Below are positions 41,101 through 50,673 of a DNA stretch of 64,000 nt, piece after piece. Numbering within the stretch: position 1 is the stretch's first letter; each line of letters opens with the position of its first letter. The notes beneath the pieces were generated by a model. That model saw nothing but the letters and a program-made list of their open reading frames with translations, was not told the DNA's origin and did not search any database. Position numbers and translations under genes: made by a program. Source of the DNA: Anaerolineae bacterium (lineage in GTDB: Bacteria; Chloroflexota; Anaerolineae; UBA1429); NCBI GenBank assembly GCA_963675785.1, contig OY776562.1:320001-384000 (forward strand), given 5' to 3'.

Positions 41101-43193
41101 TCACTGCTGTCTGGGTCAGTACTGCTCAAAGTACCAATTGTAATGTCCAAAGTCTGGTTTTCAACTATAGAGCTGTTTGTAATGCTCAAAGCAGTAGGTG
41201 CTTCGTTGACGTTGGTGACACTGATGGTGAACGCACGGTCATAGTAAAGACCGCCAACATCGGTGGAACGCACGGTCACCAAATAGCTGTTGTCGGTCTC
41301 GTAATTGAACACGGCCGCTGTCTTGAGCGAGCTGCCCGAAATGCTAAAGGCAGAAGTATCTCCACCAACTATTGAGTAAGTGAAGCTATCTCCAGAATCT
41401 GGATCAGTGGTTGACAGCGTGCCAACTGTAGTGCCAGATGATACATTTTCTGCTACGGCATTGTTGGACAAAGCGATCGCCGTGGGTGTCTCGTTGGCAT
41501 TTGTGATACTGATAGTAAAGGCACGGTCATAGTAGAGGCCGGCCGCGTCGGTGGCACGAATAGTGATGGAATAGCTGTTATCAGACTCATAATTGAAGGA
41601 AGTTTCCGTGAGTAGCGTACTCCCCGAGATACTAAAAGCCGAGGTATCGCCACTGACGAGCAAATAGCTAATGGTATCATCGCTATCAGGATCGACGCTG
41701 CTTAGCGTGCCTACTGGCGTTCCAGAAGTCTGATTTTCAGCTAAAGATGTATTTGAAAGAGTAACGGTTGTGGGTGCTTCGTTTAAATCGGTAACGCTGA
41801 TAACATATGTTCGATCAAAATAGAGACCGCCGGCATCGGTAGAACGCACGGTGACCGAGTAGCTGTTATCAGCCTCATAGTTTAATACAGATGAAGTGCG
41901 TAACGTGCTACCAGAGATGTTAAAGTAACCAGTATCTCCACTAACGAGTGAATAGGTAAATGTATCGCTACTATCCGGGTCGGTTGTGGAGAGCGTGCCT
42001 ACTGTGGTGTTTGCAGAGGCGTTTTCTGCTACAGAGTTGTTGGACAGGCTCATCGCCGTTGGCGACTCGTTTACATTTAGGATGGGCACAGTGAGCCATT
42101 CACTGTAGGTATTGGCGTAGCTGTCGGTGGCTTGAATCTGTACCTGATAAGAAGAGATTTGTTCATAGTCAAAGCTTGAACCTAAAGCCGTCACGAGAGA
42201 ATAGGTACCTTCGGATTCGGTGATGGCAAACTGACCGTCAGCATCATTGAGCAGGATAAAGGTATGTGTATCGTTGAGGTCAGCATCTGTGGCGGCCAAG
42301 GGGCCGATTTCTGTGCCAGGAGCGCTATTTTCAGGCAGGCCTACTTGCCAATCAGAGACTTGGCCATCATGCACGAGCCAAAGCCAGACGCCCGCATGAT
42401 CGATATTGGTAGCATCCGAGGCGGTATCGAGAGCCAACATGGCGGCGTTGTCGCCAGATTGAGGCAACTCGGAATAGTTGGTCTGGTCGCCAGCGGTCCA
42501 ACCTGCGGTTGCCGTAGTCGATGTGTCAGTGAGAATCCATTCAATAGCTTCATAGCGGATTTCGATGGCAAAGTCACCACCGCCGATATCCCAGAGGCGA
42601 ATCTGGAAGGCGTTGGACTTGTCATTGTGTGAAGAGTAATAGCCGGTGTCATCAAAAGTGATGGTGACACAGTCATTGACGGTATCGATGTCGTACCAGA
42701 TTTGGTTACTGCCTTGCGAGTTACCCGTTGTATCGTAGGTAATGCTGGAAGCACGAGTATCGACATCGCCAAAGTAAGCGGCGATCATGGGAACGGTGGA
42801 ACCGGCGATACCCCAGGGACTGTAAGAGCTAGAGCCTTCACCAAAAGTGACATAGCCGTTACGTCCAATAAAGAACTCAGTAGCGGCGTCGTAAGGGGTC
42901 TCTCTAAAGTAGTTGAGGCCATTCTCAAAAACGGCAGAGATATCGACTTGCTGATAGCCATCGTCTCCTTTGGAGACACTGCCCTCACCAAAGCCATAGG
43001 TACCACCGAGACCATTGACGAGATAGTGACCGGATTCGATGTATAGACTACCGTTGCCGCTTGTGGAGAGGCCGAACTTGATTTTAGTAGGTGCTACGCC
43101 TTCGGCGGATACGGTTGGCACAAGTCCTAGCAAGGCCGTGGCTAGAAGCAAGAATGCTGCAAGAATGAGAGTAAGTCGATGTGGCGATTGCAT
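36264..43193 (-). CDS. giant secreted surface/adhesin protein (nidogen-like, cadherin/Ig-like repeats, PT linker, SdrD-B-like repeats)
   Basis: Signal peptide, NGYVTF...IAAYFGDVD, STTDPD...FNYE...VRSTD cadherin units, VNDxPSF repeats and GTVFEDANANG-type repeats. Confidence 0.85.
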   Translation of the reverse strand: MQSPHRLTLILAAFLLLATALLGLVPTVSAEGVAPTKIKFGLSTSGNGSLYIESGHYLVNGLGGTYGFGEGSVSKGDDGYQQVDISAVFENGLNYFRETPYDAATEFFIGRNGYVTFGEGSSSYSPWGIAGSTVPMIAAYFGDVDTRASSITYDTTGNSQGSNQIWYDIDTVNDCVTITFDDTGYYSSHNDKSNAFQIRLWDIGGGDFAIEIRYEAIEWILTDTSTTATAGWTAGDQTNYSELPQSGDNAAMLALDTASDATNIDHAGVWLWLVHDGQVSDWQVGLPENSAPGTEIGPLAATDADLNDTHTFILLNDADGQFAITESEGTYSLVTALGSSFDYEQISSYQVQIQATDSYANTYSEWLTVPILNVNESPTAMSLSNNSVAENASANTTVGTLSTTDPDSSDTFTYSLVSGDTGYFNISGSTLRTSSVLNYEADNSYSVTVRSTDAGGLYFDRTYVISVTDLNEAPTTVTLSNTSLAENQTSGTPVGTLSSVDPDSDDTISYLLVSGDTSAFSISGSTLLTETSFNYESDNSYSITIRATDAAGLYYDRAFTISITNANETPTAIALSNNAVAENVSSGTTVGTLSTTDPDSGDSFTYSIVGGDTSAFSISGSSLKTAAVFNYETDNSYLVTVRSTDVGGLYYDRAFTISVTNVNEAPTALSITNSSIVENQTLDITIGTLSSTDPDSSDSFTYSIVGGDTSAFSISGNSLKAATVFNYEADNSYSVTVRSTDAGGLYYDHTFTISIIDANEQPSASGISKTTLEDTFFGLAGSDFTGVFSDPDSGDALVSVRIDTLPANARLLFGNDEAVDESQAYAYTDFDDVRLAPDVDWNGSTSFTFSLYDGELWSAPATWSIIVTAVNDEPSFTPGANQTVLEDAVSQSVTWATDISKGPSDESGQTVSFVVSNDNTTLFSVQPAISSTGALTYRPAANMNGTATVTVTLSDNGGTANGGDDEADAITFTINVTAVNDTPSFTLGANQTVLEDASAQTVANWATNLSTGPSDESDQSVSFEVSSNNSALFSSQPAISSNGTLTFTPAANMNGTATVTVTLSDNGGTANGGDDETDAITFTINVTPVNDTPSFTPGANQTVLEDVSAQTVANWATNLSAGPSDESGQSVSFEVSSNNSTLFSSQPAISSTGALTYRPAANMNGTATVTVILSDNGGTANGGDDESDAITFTINITPVNDTPSFDAGEDQTLLEDASAQTVANWATNLSTGPSDESDQELHFEATAEDTALFSEQPSVSADGTLTFTPALNAYGTTRVAVVLKDDGGTSNGGRDSASPYSLTITITEVNDDPVVVDDDYTVDEDSVGNTFSALSNDSDVDDDEVLIIISVTTAQHGVAAVSNDKTAVVYTPATNYPVPGDSGTDALVYTVSDGRGGVVTGTINISITPINDSPVVTAPANASVNEDETLNLVDALAIQLSDVDSGSENLELVASVEHGTLGTNDIDAASTLTITDSLQDLNALLDSGLYYQGNLNYEGPESISLDVNDLGHSGTGTPLSDSHTISMTVIAVNDSPDAVEDEAEVRAGEQVIIDVLANDTDIEVGDLAIASVGDSTYGSVSLLDDDTIAYSASYAVTTHDAFTYTVVDLGGLTDTCTVTLSIESNRAVTTPTPNPAVTPVPTVPPQATPTPAPTTGDISGVIYTDTNGNGKLGTDEAAVANASVKLVSLGSDGIAYTADDATLSSLTTAADGSYAFEDLLAGTYLIQVTAPTGSTVTTANPATVNVIAGNVLSKNFGCQSIAQLRVKAYVGQDAESGSPLADVSLSLLRPGADARFGTADDVVVASGSTEADGAYVFTGLADGSYMVCAANVDGYAMSGVAQRQISISEGQSMTQPAFGYLKTGTLYVHTCIDPQLGDKPNDDNEPLPGASVTVISAGPDGILGTDDDVLITELTTDEDGNVSLGDLPEGYYRIIIDYPDGYVGESPLTRDVYIGSDGASSISVGAQPTGTIAGTVFEDANANGLQDATEQGIAGVLIQVYARSEVVSPNADLLLVEGITDEDGFYSFSQLELGTYVFDNMGYASFALVEIDPEGHVSTTPGQVEVTVNTKTPSIINFGDTMTCKTTGVIWDDADQDDLPDYGETPLAGILVSIYGPGSDGLLGTGDDELITTSTTSAAGVYQFGGLADGDYRVVPDFPDGVTCDLLYQDISVADGIAADVSFGCSFPGSLSGTAFNDSNKNGAQDQNEAGIAGLTIQVYAVNPETGQEDLVATTKTGADGSWRIAGLGAGNYRIVEVTPSSLTCTTESSVSVELLDGDSGSATFGNYSYQPLRTPTTTIAFPLIFCNY

Positions 43194-43546
43194 AGAGCTT
43201 TTCCCTCCGAATGATTGGATAATTATCTATTCTCAACCTACTGGTGAATGATTTTCAATTGGCTATTACATAAAGTCTAGACGGGCAAAAGCGAAGAGAC
43301 ATAAAGAAAACGTAAGTTAGCCTCTTGTATAAAAGGTTGATTGGAGTTGATGGAGGCTTGTTTTCATGTGGACTGTACCGAAAGAGTTGACGGCTGGATT
43401 TGGGGCGTCTTAGAGGTTATATCCCTGTATAAACACAAATTTATCTGATAGTTGTACCCGTTAGTTCAAGAGATAATGATTTTCTTATCTCACATCAGAT
43501 GTGGCTCAACAGGGGATTGTCTTGCTGGATTAAAGGTCTTTTCTTA

Positions 43547-45471
43547 GGAAAGAAGAAGGGGGGGGCAAGCTTACGCTTGCCCCCCCCTTCGGTCATGCCA
43601 AGTTCTAGTAATTACAAAAGATCAGGGGGAAAGCAATAGTCGTCGTCGGAGCTTGAAGGGGCTGGTAACTATAGTTACCAAAGGTAGCGCCGCCAGAATC
43701 ACCATCCAGTAGCTCGACAGAGACAGAAGATTCAGTCGTGCAGGTCAGGCTACTAGGCGTGACCTCGACGATGCGATAGTTACCGGCACCCAGGCCAGCG
43801 ATTCGCCAAGAGCCATCTGCGCCGGTCTTGGTGGTAGCCACGAGATCTTCCTGGCCGGTTTCCGGATTAACAGCATAGACCTGGATTGTGAGGCCAGCGA
43901 TACCGGCCTCATTCTGGTCCTGGGCACCGTTCTTGTTGCTATCGTTAAAAGCCGTGCCCGAGAGAGAGCCAGGGAGAGAGCAGCCAAAGGAGACATCTGC
44001 GGCGATGCCGTCGGCGACAGAGATGTCCTGATAGAGGAGATCACAGGTAACGCCGTCGGGGAAATCGGGCACGACGCGGTAGTCGCCGTCGGCCAGGCCG
44101 CCGAACTGATAGACACCGGCTGCGCTGGTGGTAGACGTGGTGATGAGCTCATCATCGCCAGTACCCAGGAGGCCATCAGAGCCAGGGCCATAGATACTGA
44201 CAAGAATACCAGCCAGAGGAGTCTCGCCATAGTCAGGGAGATCATCCTGATCGGCATCATCCCAGATAACGCCAGTGGTTTTGCAAGTCATGGTATCGCC
44301 AAAGTTAATGATACTGGGTGTTTTGGTGTTGACCGTAACCTCGACCTGGCCAGGAGTTGTGCTGACATGACCTTCAGGGTCGATCTCGACGAGAGCGAAA
44401 CTGGCATAGCCCATGTTATCAAAGACATAGGTACCGAGTTCAAGCTGAGAGAAACTGTAGAAGCCGTCCTCGTCGGTAATACCTTCAACGAGAAGGAGAT
44501 CAGCGTTGGGAGAGACGACCTCACTGCGGGCATAGACCTGGATGAGGACACCGGCGATACCCTGTTCGGTAGCATCCTGGAGGCCATTGGCATTGGCGTC
44601 TTCAAAGACAGTACCAGCGATAGTACCGGTAGGCTGAGCGCCGACAGAGATAGAGCTGGCGCCGTCGCTACCGATATAGACATCGCGTGTGAGAGGCGAT
44701 TCGCCGACATAGCCATCGGGATAGTCGATGATGATGCGATAGTAACCCTCGGGGAGATCACCGAGAGAGACATTGCCGTCCTCATCGGTGGTCAACTCGG
44801 TGATGAGGACATCGTCATCGGTACCGAGGATGCCGTCGGGACCAGCGGAGATAACGGTGACGGAGGCTCCCGGGAGAGGCTCGTTGTCATCATTCGGCTT
44901 ATCGCCGAGTTGAGGATCGATACAGGTATGGACATAGAGGGTGCCTGTTTTGAGATAGCCAAAGGCAGGCTGGGTCATGGATTGACCTTCGCTGATAGAG
45001 ATTTGGCGTTGAGCGACACCGCTCATAGCGTAGCCATCGACATTGGCAGCGCAGACCATATAGCTACCGTCGGCAAGGCCGGTAAAGACATAGGCACCGT
45101 CGGCTTCGGTAGAGCCTGAGGCAACGACGACATCGTCAGCAGTACCAAAACGGGCGTCGGCACCGGGTCTGAGGAGAGAAAGGGACACATCGGCCAGTGG
45201 GGAGCCGCTTTCCGCGTCCTGCCCCACATAGGCCTTGACGCGGAGCTGAGCGATGGACTGACAGCCAAAGTTCTTGGAGAGCACGTTACCGGCGATGACA
45301 TTGACGGTAGCCGGGTTGGCGGTGGTCACGGTACTGCCAGTGGGAGCAGTGACTTGGATAAGATATGTGCCAGCGAGCAGATCTTCAAAGGCATAGGAGC
45401 CGTCGGCTGCAGTCGTGAGAGAACTCAAAGTAGCATCATCGGCTGTGTGGGCGATGCCGTCGGAGCCCAGA
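43547..45471. repeat. copy 2 of the ~1.9 kb near-identical repeat
   Basis: Matches 36208-38130. Confidence 0.95.
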
Positions 45472-48400
45472 GAGACGAGCTTGACCAAAGCACCGGATAC
45501 GGGAGCTTCAGTTGAGCCCTTTTTGTTATTGCAGTCGGCATCCATATAGATCACACCACTGATATCGCCTGTGGTGGGAGCCGGCGTAGGAGTTGCTTGA
45601 GGCGGGACGGTAGGAGCAGGTGTTAAATCAGGATTGGGCGTAGGTGTAGTAACGGCACGGCTGCTATCAATTGTGATGGAAACCTCGCAAGTATCTGTCA
45701 AACCACCTTGGTCAGTGACAGTATAAGTAAAGCTATCATGCGTGGTAATGACATAGCTAGCTTCGTACAAAATTGTGTCGTCATCTAGGAGAGAGACAGA
45801 GCCATAGGTTGATTCGCCAACGGCAGCGACAGCGAGATTACCAGGCTCGATATCTGTATCATTGGCGAGAACGTCGATGATGACCTGTTCACCAGCGCGC
45901 ACCTCAGCTTCATCCTCCACGGCATCAGGTGAGTCGTTTACGGCTGTTACATTAATGGTAAAGGTAACGGGATCAGCCTCATCATCACCACCATTAGCTG
46001 TGCCCCCGTCATCCGAAAGCGTCACGGTGACGATAGCTGAACCGTTTATATCGGCGGCCGGCGTAAAGGTCAGTGTGCCAACAGAGGAAATGGCTGGTTG
46101 AGCGCTAAAGAGCGTTGTGTTGTTGTTGATTACGTCAAAGGAGACGCTCTGGCTGCTCTCGTTACTGGGGCCAGCGGAGAGGTTAGTAGCCCAATTGGTG
46201 ACCGTCTGAGCTAATGCGTCCTCCAATACAGTTTGGTTGCTACCTGCGGTAAAGGAAGGCTCATCATTGACAGTTGTAACTGAAACCGACCATGTTGCCG
46301 GATCACTCCAAAGTTCGCCATCAGAGAAAGAGAAAGTGAAAGATGTTTGGCCGTTCCAGTCGGCGTTGGGAACGAATTGAGCATCAAATGCTGAGATATC
46401 GTAGGCTTGTGATTGAACAACTGCCTGTTCATCGGCGAACAAGAGTTGTGCGTTCGCAGGTAGGCTATCTATGCGAATCTGCTCGAGCTCATCACCTGCA
46501 TCAGGATCTGAAAAAGCATTGTTGATATCTGTGCTGCTCAGATTGAGCGGTGTATCCTCATTAGTCGACTTGGAGACATTGGCAGCACTTGGTGCCTCGT
46601 TTATCGATTGAACTTGGATGTTGAACGTTTCTTCGATGGTGTTACCACCAGCGTCGGTTGAGCGAACAGTGATCGTATAAGTGTCTTTGACATCTGCGTT
46701 AAACACGGCTGCCGAACGGAGCGTGCTTCCAGAGATACTAAAGGCACTGGTATCTCCACTTACAAGAGCATAGCTAAAAGTTTCGGCATTGTCGGGGTCC
46801 GTTGTGGTAAATGTGCCCACGGTAGTGCCTGAAGCTTCTTTTTCAAGAATCGTATCGTTGGACAGAGTCAGGCTGGTTGGTGCTTCGTTGACATTGGCAA
46901 CAGGCACGTCTAGCCATTGGGTATAGATATTGCCATAGCTGTCGACTGCTTGAACCTGCACTTGATAAGAAGAGGTCTGTTCATAGTCAAAGCTGGATTC
47001 TGGCGCTGAGACCAGCGTGTAGACGCCTTCCGATTCACTGATTGCAAACTGGCCATCGGCATCATCGAGCAGAGTAAAGGTATGGGTATCGTTGAGATCG
47101 TCATCGATGGCAGTCAAGGGACCAACCTCGGTGCCAGCAGGGCTGTTCTCGGGGATACTGGCTGACCACTCTTCAACCTGGCCACCGTGCACGAGCCAAA
47201 GCCATACACCTGCATGATCGATATTGGTCGCCTCACTATCTGTATCGAGGGCCAACATAGCAGCGTTATTGCCGGATTGAGGCAGCTCAGAATAGTTAAC
47301 CTGATCGCCAGCCGTCCAACCGGCGGTAGCGGAGGTAGAAGTATCGGTCAGGATCCATTCGATAGCTTCGTAGCGGATTTCGATGGCAAAGTCACCACCG
47401 CCAATATCCCAGAGGCGAATCTGGAAGGCGTTGGACTTGTCATTGTGCTGGGAAAAATAGCCGGTGTCATCAAAAGTGATGGTGACACAGTCATTGACGG
47501 TATCGATGTCGTACCAGATCTGGTTGCTGCCTTGGGAGTTACCCGTTGTATCGTAGGTGATACTTGAAGCGCGGGTATCGACATCACCATAATAGGCGGC
47601 AATCATGGGGACGGTAGAGCCGGCTATACCTTCAGGCATGTAAGAGCCAGAGCCCTCACCGAAGGTGACATAACCATTGCGTCCGATAAAAAACTCGGTG
47701 GCAGCGTCGTAAGGGGTGTCACTAAAGTAGTTGAGGCCATTCTCAAAAACGGCAGAGATATCGACTTGTTGATAGCCGTCGTCTTCTTTGGAGACGCTTC
47801 CCTCACCAAAGCCATAGGTACCACCGAGGCCATTGACGAGATAGTGACCGGACTCGATATAGAGATTACCATTACCGCTTGTAGAGAGACCGAATTTGAT
47901 CTCTGAGGCGGCTGAGCCGTCGTCTATATCGTTAACCGTGATGGTAAAGTCTTTTTCTGTGTAAAGCTCTCCTGCGTCAGTAGAGCGCACGGTGATTGTG
48001 TAGCTGCTCGTCGTTTCGTAATCGAACTTGGCAGCGGTTATGAGCGAATCGCCAGAAATATTAAATGCGGATGTAGCACCACCTACGAGTGTATATGTAT
48101 GCGTATCACCCGTATCGACATCTGTTGTGCTCAGGGCGCCTACTGTTGCGCCGATATCCAAGCCTTCATCTATCGTGCTTGAAGATAGCGAGATATCCGT
48201 TGGCGCGCTGTTCGAAGATGCACCACCCAGATCGCCGCCATCGACAGTTACCTCTTGCCAAGAACTCCACGATGAACCATCGGAGAACTTGACGCGGGCG
48301 TAATAGTCTGTGCCAGCTTCAAGCTCTTCGCCCTCATAAGTGACACTGGTCTCTTCACCATATCCCACGGGCGGGTCCCAAAGGATTTCGCCTGTACCGC

Positions 48401-50468
48401 TCGGTTGGGTCCAGACTTCGACTTCGTATGCTACCTGAGGATCTCCCTCGGTATCATAGTAAGTCCAACTGATTTGCCCATCTCCTGCTGTAGGTTCACT
48501 ACCTTCAGGGCTTGTTGGTGGAATGTTGACTTCGAGATCTGTAAACGTGTATTGGGTGAAGCGGTCTCGCCGATACCCCGTACCACCGCTAGCTGTATCT
48601 TCAGAATAGTATGGACCATAATCGTAAGAGAAGTAGACATCGTCCGAGCTTTGGACTTGGGTAAGAATGCTGGTGCCGTCTCGGACATCAATGGCACTAC
48701 TGAGGGTGCCTGCAGATGAGCCAACGCTAAAGCCAGCATAGTCAATTTGGGCGGGTTCGTACTGATAATCCTGCCAAACGCGTATTTTGTATTCACCATC
48801 TGGGTCGGGCAAGAACAGAGAAAGATCAAAGTCATGTGTTTCGTCCGTTCCGGGGAAAGTAAATCCATCCCTCATGACCCACTGGTCGCCATCCCAGGTA
48901 TAAACAAAGTATGTGCTGCTCTTGGGGATATAATATCCTTCACTCTCAAACAAGAACTCACGGACAGGGAGTGTCTGCTCAGGGACATCAAAGGTCATGG
49001 CGTACTTTTCGCCTGTATCCATCTGCACATAGACATCATCGGCTGTGGCGAGTTCAGAGAGAACATCAACTGTTTCATTAAAGACAGCTGTTGAGGGCGC
49101 AATAGAATTGACGATAAACTCTGGTTGGGCGCCAGCATACAGAGCTACATAGTCAATCTCATGGTATTTGATCGAGTGGGAAATGCAGCTAAGGCGCACT
49201 TTGAGATCACCCTCATGATCAGGCAGATAAGATGAAAGATCAAAAGCGGCCACCGAGTATTCGTAACGCGGATCAATACGGCCAACTTCAAACCAGTCGC
49301 CGTTTTCATCCTGAATATTGACCACAATGGCTGGCGGGCCGATGTAGGGCATCTCTTCGCCCTCTCCAACAAGGTAGCCATGTACCCGAAGGTACAGTAC
49401 GGCTCCTTGCGAAACGTCCAGGCTGCTGCTGAAATCCAAATCGATATAGTCTTCGCTATATGCTTCTACGCCGGAATCATCCAGCGTACTCAGATCAGCG
49501 ATGACATTTTCACCATCATCTGTAACGGCTGTGATAGGGCCAACCAGTTCATCTACAACAAAAGAAGAGATATTACCATCCGAGTCTGGAGCAATGCCGA
49601 CACCTTCTTCATGGTCTACGGTGATAAGCCCCACCATATCTGTCCATGATATTTCGGACTCTACTTCTCGCACTTCGAGTGGATAGACGCCATCCTGTTC
49701 GACAAGCGTCTCTTGTAACAGATACCAGTCATGCTGCTCTTGATGGGCGTATCGAGCCACCGAGTAGATATCATTATCTCGCACGTACTCTGTACCATTC
49801 CAGGTGTAGATCCACGGGCAAGATGCGTAAGAACTGGCATCCTCTTGAGCTTCAAAAGTGAAAATCTTGGAATCGCCAGGAGAGTCGTAAACGGTGATAG
49901 CGACGTCGTCGATATAAAAGCCGGGATCTGGAGCGCCATAGGAGGTATAATTGGAAATGTAACAGCGCCATTTGAGATAGATATCGCCGCCAGCATAATC
50001 AGATACATCGAACTCGTACAGCTGCCAGCCACCATCCATTTCACTGAACAATTGGGCGAGGGATTGCCAATCGGTGCCGTTAGAAGAAACAAAGAATTCA
50101 CCACGGCTGTACATCCATGGGATCTGGATCCAACCATAGAAACGGACACGAGCGACTTGACCTTCTGACAAGGCGGGGATTGAGATGGCTGAGGAAGTCA
50201 AATAGCCTTCCTTGTTCTGTAATTCGCCATCCAGATCGGTTCCCCAGCACATGGAACCGGAATGTGCTGAATCGGGGCCTACAGTAGTGGGGGTTCCCCA
50301 TTCCCACAGTGCGGTCCCATCGACGGTATAGCCTCCGTCTCCTGTCTCAAAGCCGATTGAGTAGATGACGGTTTCATCGGCTGAAACAGCTGGGGCTAAC
50401 CCCAGCCAACTCGTAACCAAAAGCATGAGTGCGATAAGAGCGAGTGTGCTTTTGTGTGGCGAATGCAT
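43605..50468 (-). CDS. giant secreted surface/adhesin protein, paralog with a different N-terminal half
   Basis: Signal peptide MHSPHK, jelly-roll-like domain (WEWGTP...GFYIDDV), unique region, cadherin, nidogen-like domain, same C-terminus as gene 1. Start chosen by similarity to the paralog MQSPHR. Confidence 0.85.
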   Translation of the reverse strand: MHSPHKSTLALIALMLLVTSWLGLAPAVSADETVIYSIGFETGDGGYTVDGTALWEWGTPTTVGPDSAHSGSMCWGTDLDGELQNKEGYLTSSAISIPALSEGQVARVRFYGWIQIPWMYSRGEFFVSSNGTDWQSLAQLFSEMDGGWQLYEFDVSDYAGGDIYLKWRCYISNYTSYGAPDPGFYIDDVAITVYDSPGDSKIFTFEAQEDASSYASCPWIYTWNGTEYVRDNDIYSVARYAHQEQHDWYLLQETLVEQDGVYPLEVREVESEISWTDMVGLITVDHEEGVGIAPDSDGNISSFVVDELVGPITAVTDDGENVIADLSTLDDSGVEAYSEDYIDLDFSSSLDVSQGAVLYLRVHGYLVGEGEEMPYIGPPAIVVNIQDENGDWFEVGRIDPRYEYSVAAFDLSSYLPDHEGDLKVRLSCISHSIKYHEIDYVALYAGAQPEFIVNSIAPSTAVFNETVDVLSELATADDVYVQMDTGEKYAMTFDVPEQTLPVREFLFESEGYYIPKSSTYFVYTWDGDQWVMRDGFTFPGTDETHDFDLSLFLPDPDGEYKIRVWQDYQYEPAQIDYAGFSVGSSAGTLSSAIDVRDGTSILTQVQSSDDVYFSYDYGPYYSEDTASGGTGYRRDRFTQYTFTDLEVNIPPTSPEGSEPTAGDGQISWTYYDTEGDPQVAYEVEVWTQPSGTGEILWDPPVGYGEETSVTYEGEELEAGTDYYARVKFSDGSSWSSWQEVTVDGGDLGGASSNSAPTDISLSSSTIDEGLDIGATVGALSTTDVDTGDTHTYTLVGGATSAFNISGDSLITAAKFDYETTSSYTITVRSTDAGELYTEKDFTITVNDIDDGSAASEIKFGLSTSGNGNLYIESGHYLVNGLGGTYGFGEGSVSKEDDGYQQVDISAVFENGLNYFSDTPYDAATEFFIGRNGYVTFGEGSGSYMPEGIAGSTVPMIAAYYGDVDTRASSITYDTTGNSQGSNQIWYDIDTVNDCVTITFDDTGYFSQHNDKSNAFQIRLWDIGGGDFAIEIRYEAIEWILTDTSTSATAGWTAGDQVNYSELPQSGNNAAMLALDTDSEATNIDHAGVWLWLVHGGQVEEWSASIPENSPAGTEVGPLTAIDDDLNDTHTFTLLDDADGQFAISESEGVYTLVSAPESSFDYEQTSSYQVQVQAVDSYGNIYTQWLDVPVANVNEAPTSLTLSNDTILEKEASGTTVGTFTTTDPDNAETFSYALVSGDTSAFSISGSTLRSAAVFNADVKDTYTITVRSTDAGGNTIEETFNIQVQSINEAPSAANVSKSTNEDTPLNLSSTDINNAFSDPDAGDELEQIRIDSLPANAQLLFADEQAVVQSQAYDISAFDAQFVPNADWNGQTSFTFSFSDGELWSDPATWSVSVTTVNDEPSFTAGSNQTVLEDALAQTVTNWATNLSAGPSNESSQSVSFDVINNNTTLFSAQPAISSVGTLTFTPAADINGSAIVTVTLSDDGGTANGGDDEADPVTFTINVTAVNDSPDAVEDEAEVRAGEQVIIDVLANDTDIEPGNLAVAAVGESTYGSVSLLDDDTILYEASYVITTHDSFTYTVTDQGGLTDTCEVSITIDSSRAVTTPTPNPDLTPAPTVPPQATPTPAPTTGDISGVIYMDADCNNKKGSTEAPVSGALVKLVSLGSDGIAHTADDATLSSLTTAADGSYAFEDLLAGTYLIQVTAPTGSTVTTANPATVNVIAGNVLSKNFGCQSIAQLRVKAYVGQDAESGSPLADVSLSLLRPGADARFGTADDVVVASGSTEADGAYVFTGLADGSYMVCAANVDGYAMSGVAQRQISISEGQSMTQPAFGYLKTGTLYVHTCIDPQLGDKPNDDNEPLPGASVTVISAGPDGILGTDDDVLITELTTDEDGNVSLGDLPEGYYRIIIDYPDGYVGESPLTRDVYIGSDGASSISVGAQPTGTIAGTVFEDANANGLQDATEQGIAGVLIQVYARSEVVSPNADLLLVEGITDEDGFYSFSQLELGTYVFDNMGYASFALVEIDPEGHVSTTPGQVEVTVNTKTPSIINFGDTMTCKTTGVIWDDADQDDLPDYGETPLAGILVSIYGPGSDGLLGTGDDELITTSTTSAAGVYQFGGLADGDYRVVPDFPDGVTCDLLYQDISVADGIAADVSFGCSLPGSLSGTAFNDSNKNGAQDQNEAGIAGLTIQVYAVNPETGQEDLVATTKTGADGSWRIAGLGAGNYRIVEVTPSSLTCTTESSVSVELLDGDSGGATFGNYSYQPLQAPTTTIAFPLIFCNY

Positions 50469-50673
50469 AGATCTTTTCCTCCCAGTAGTCTTCACAGTTA
50501 TCTAGTCTTAGCCAGCAGGGCCTATCATTACATGTTGGTTCTATGTCGAGTCTAAACTCTTGAGAGAAAAGAACCATAAAGAAAGCGTAAGTATGGCGGA
50601 GTGGAATAGCAATCCTTGACCGTAGATGGGCAGTTCTATAGAATGCAATGGAATTCTGAAAGAGAAGGCAAGG

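Noticed and set aside
39270-42070. Periodic repeats as a CRISPR array or mobile element
   Set aside because: The units are in-frame protein domains of 288-330 bp, with no short repeat-spacer pattern, cas gene or transposase.
36404-45301. Duplicated 92-250 aa ORFs in other frames of the giant genes
   Set aside because: These are shadow ORFs that recur only because the DNA is duplicated.
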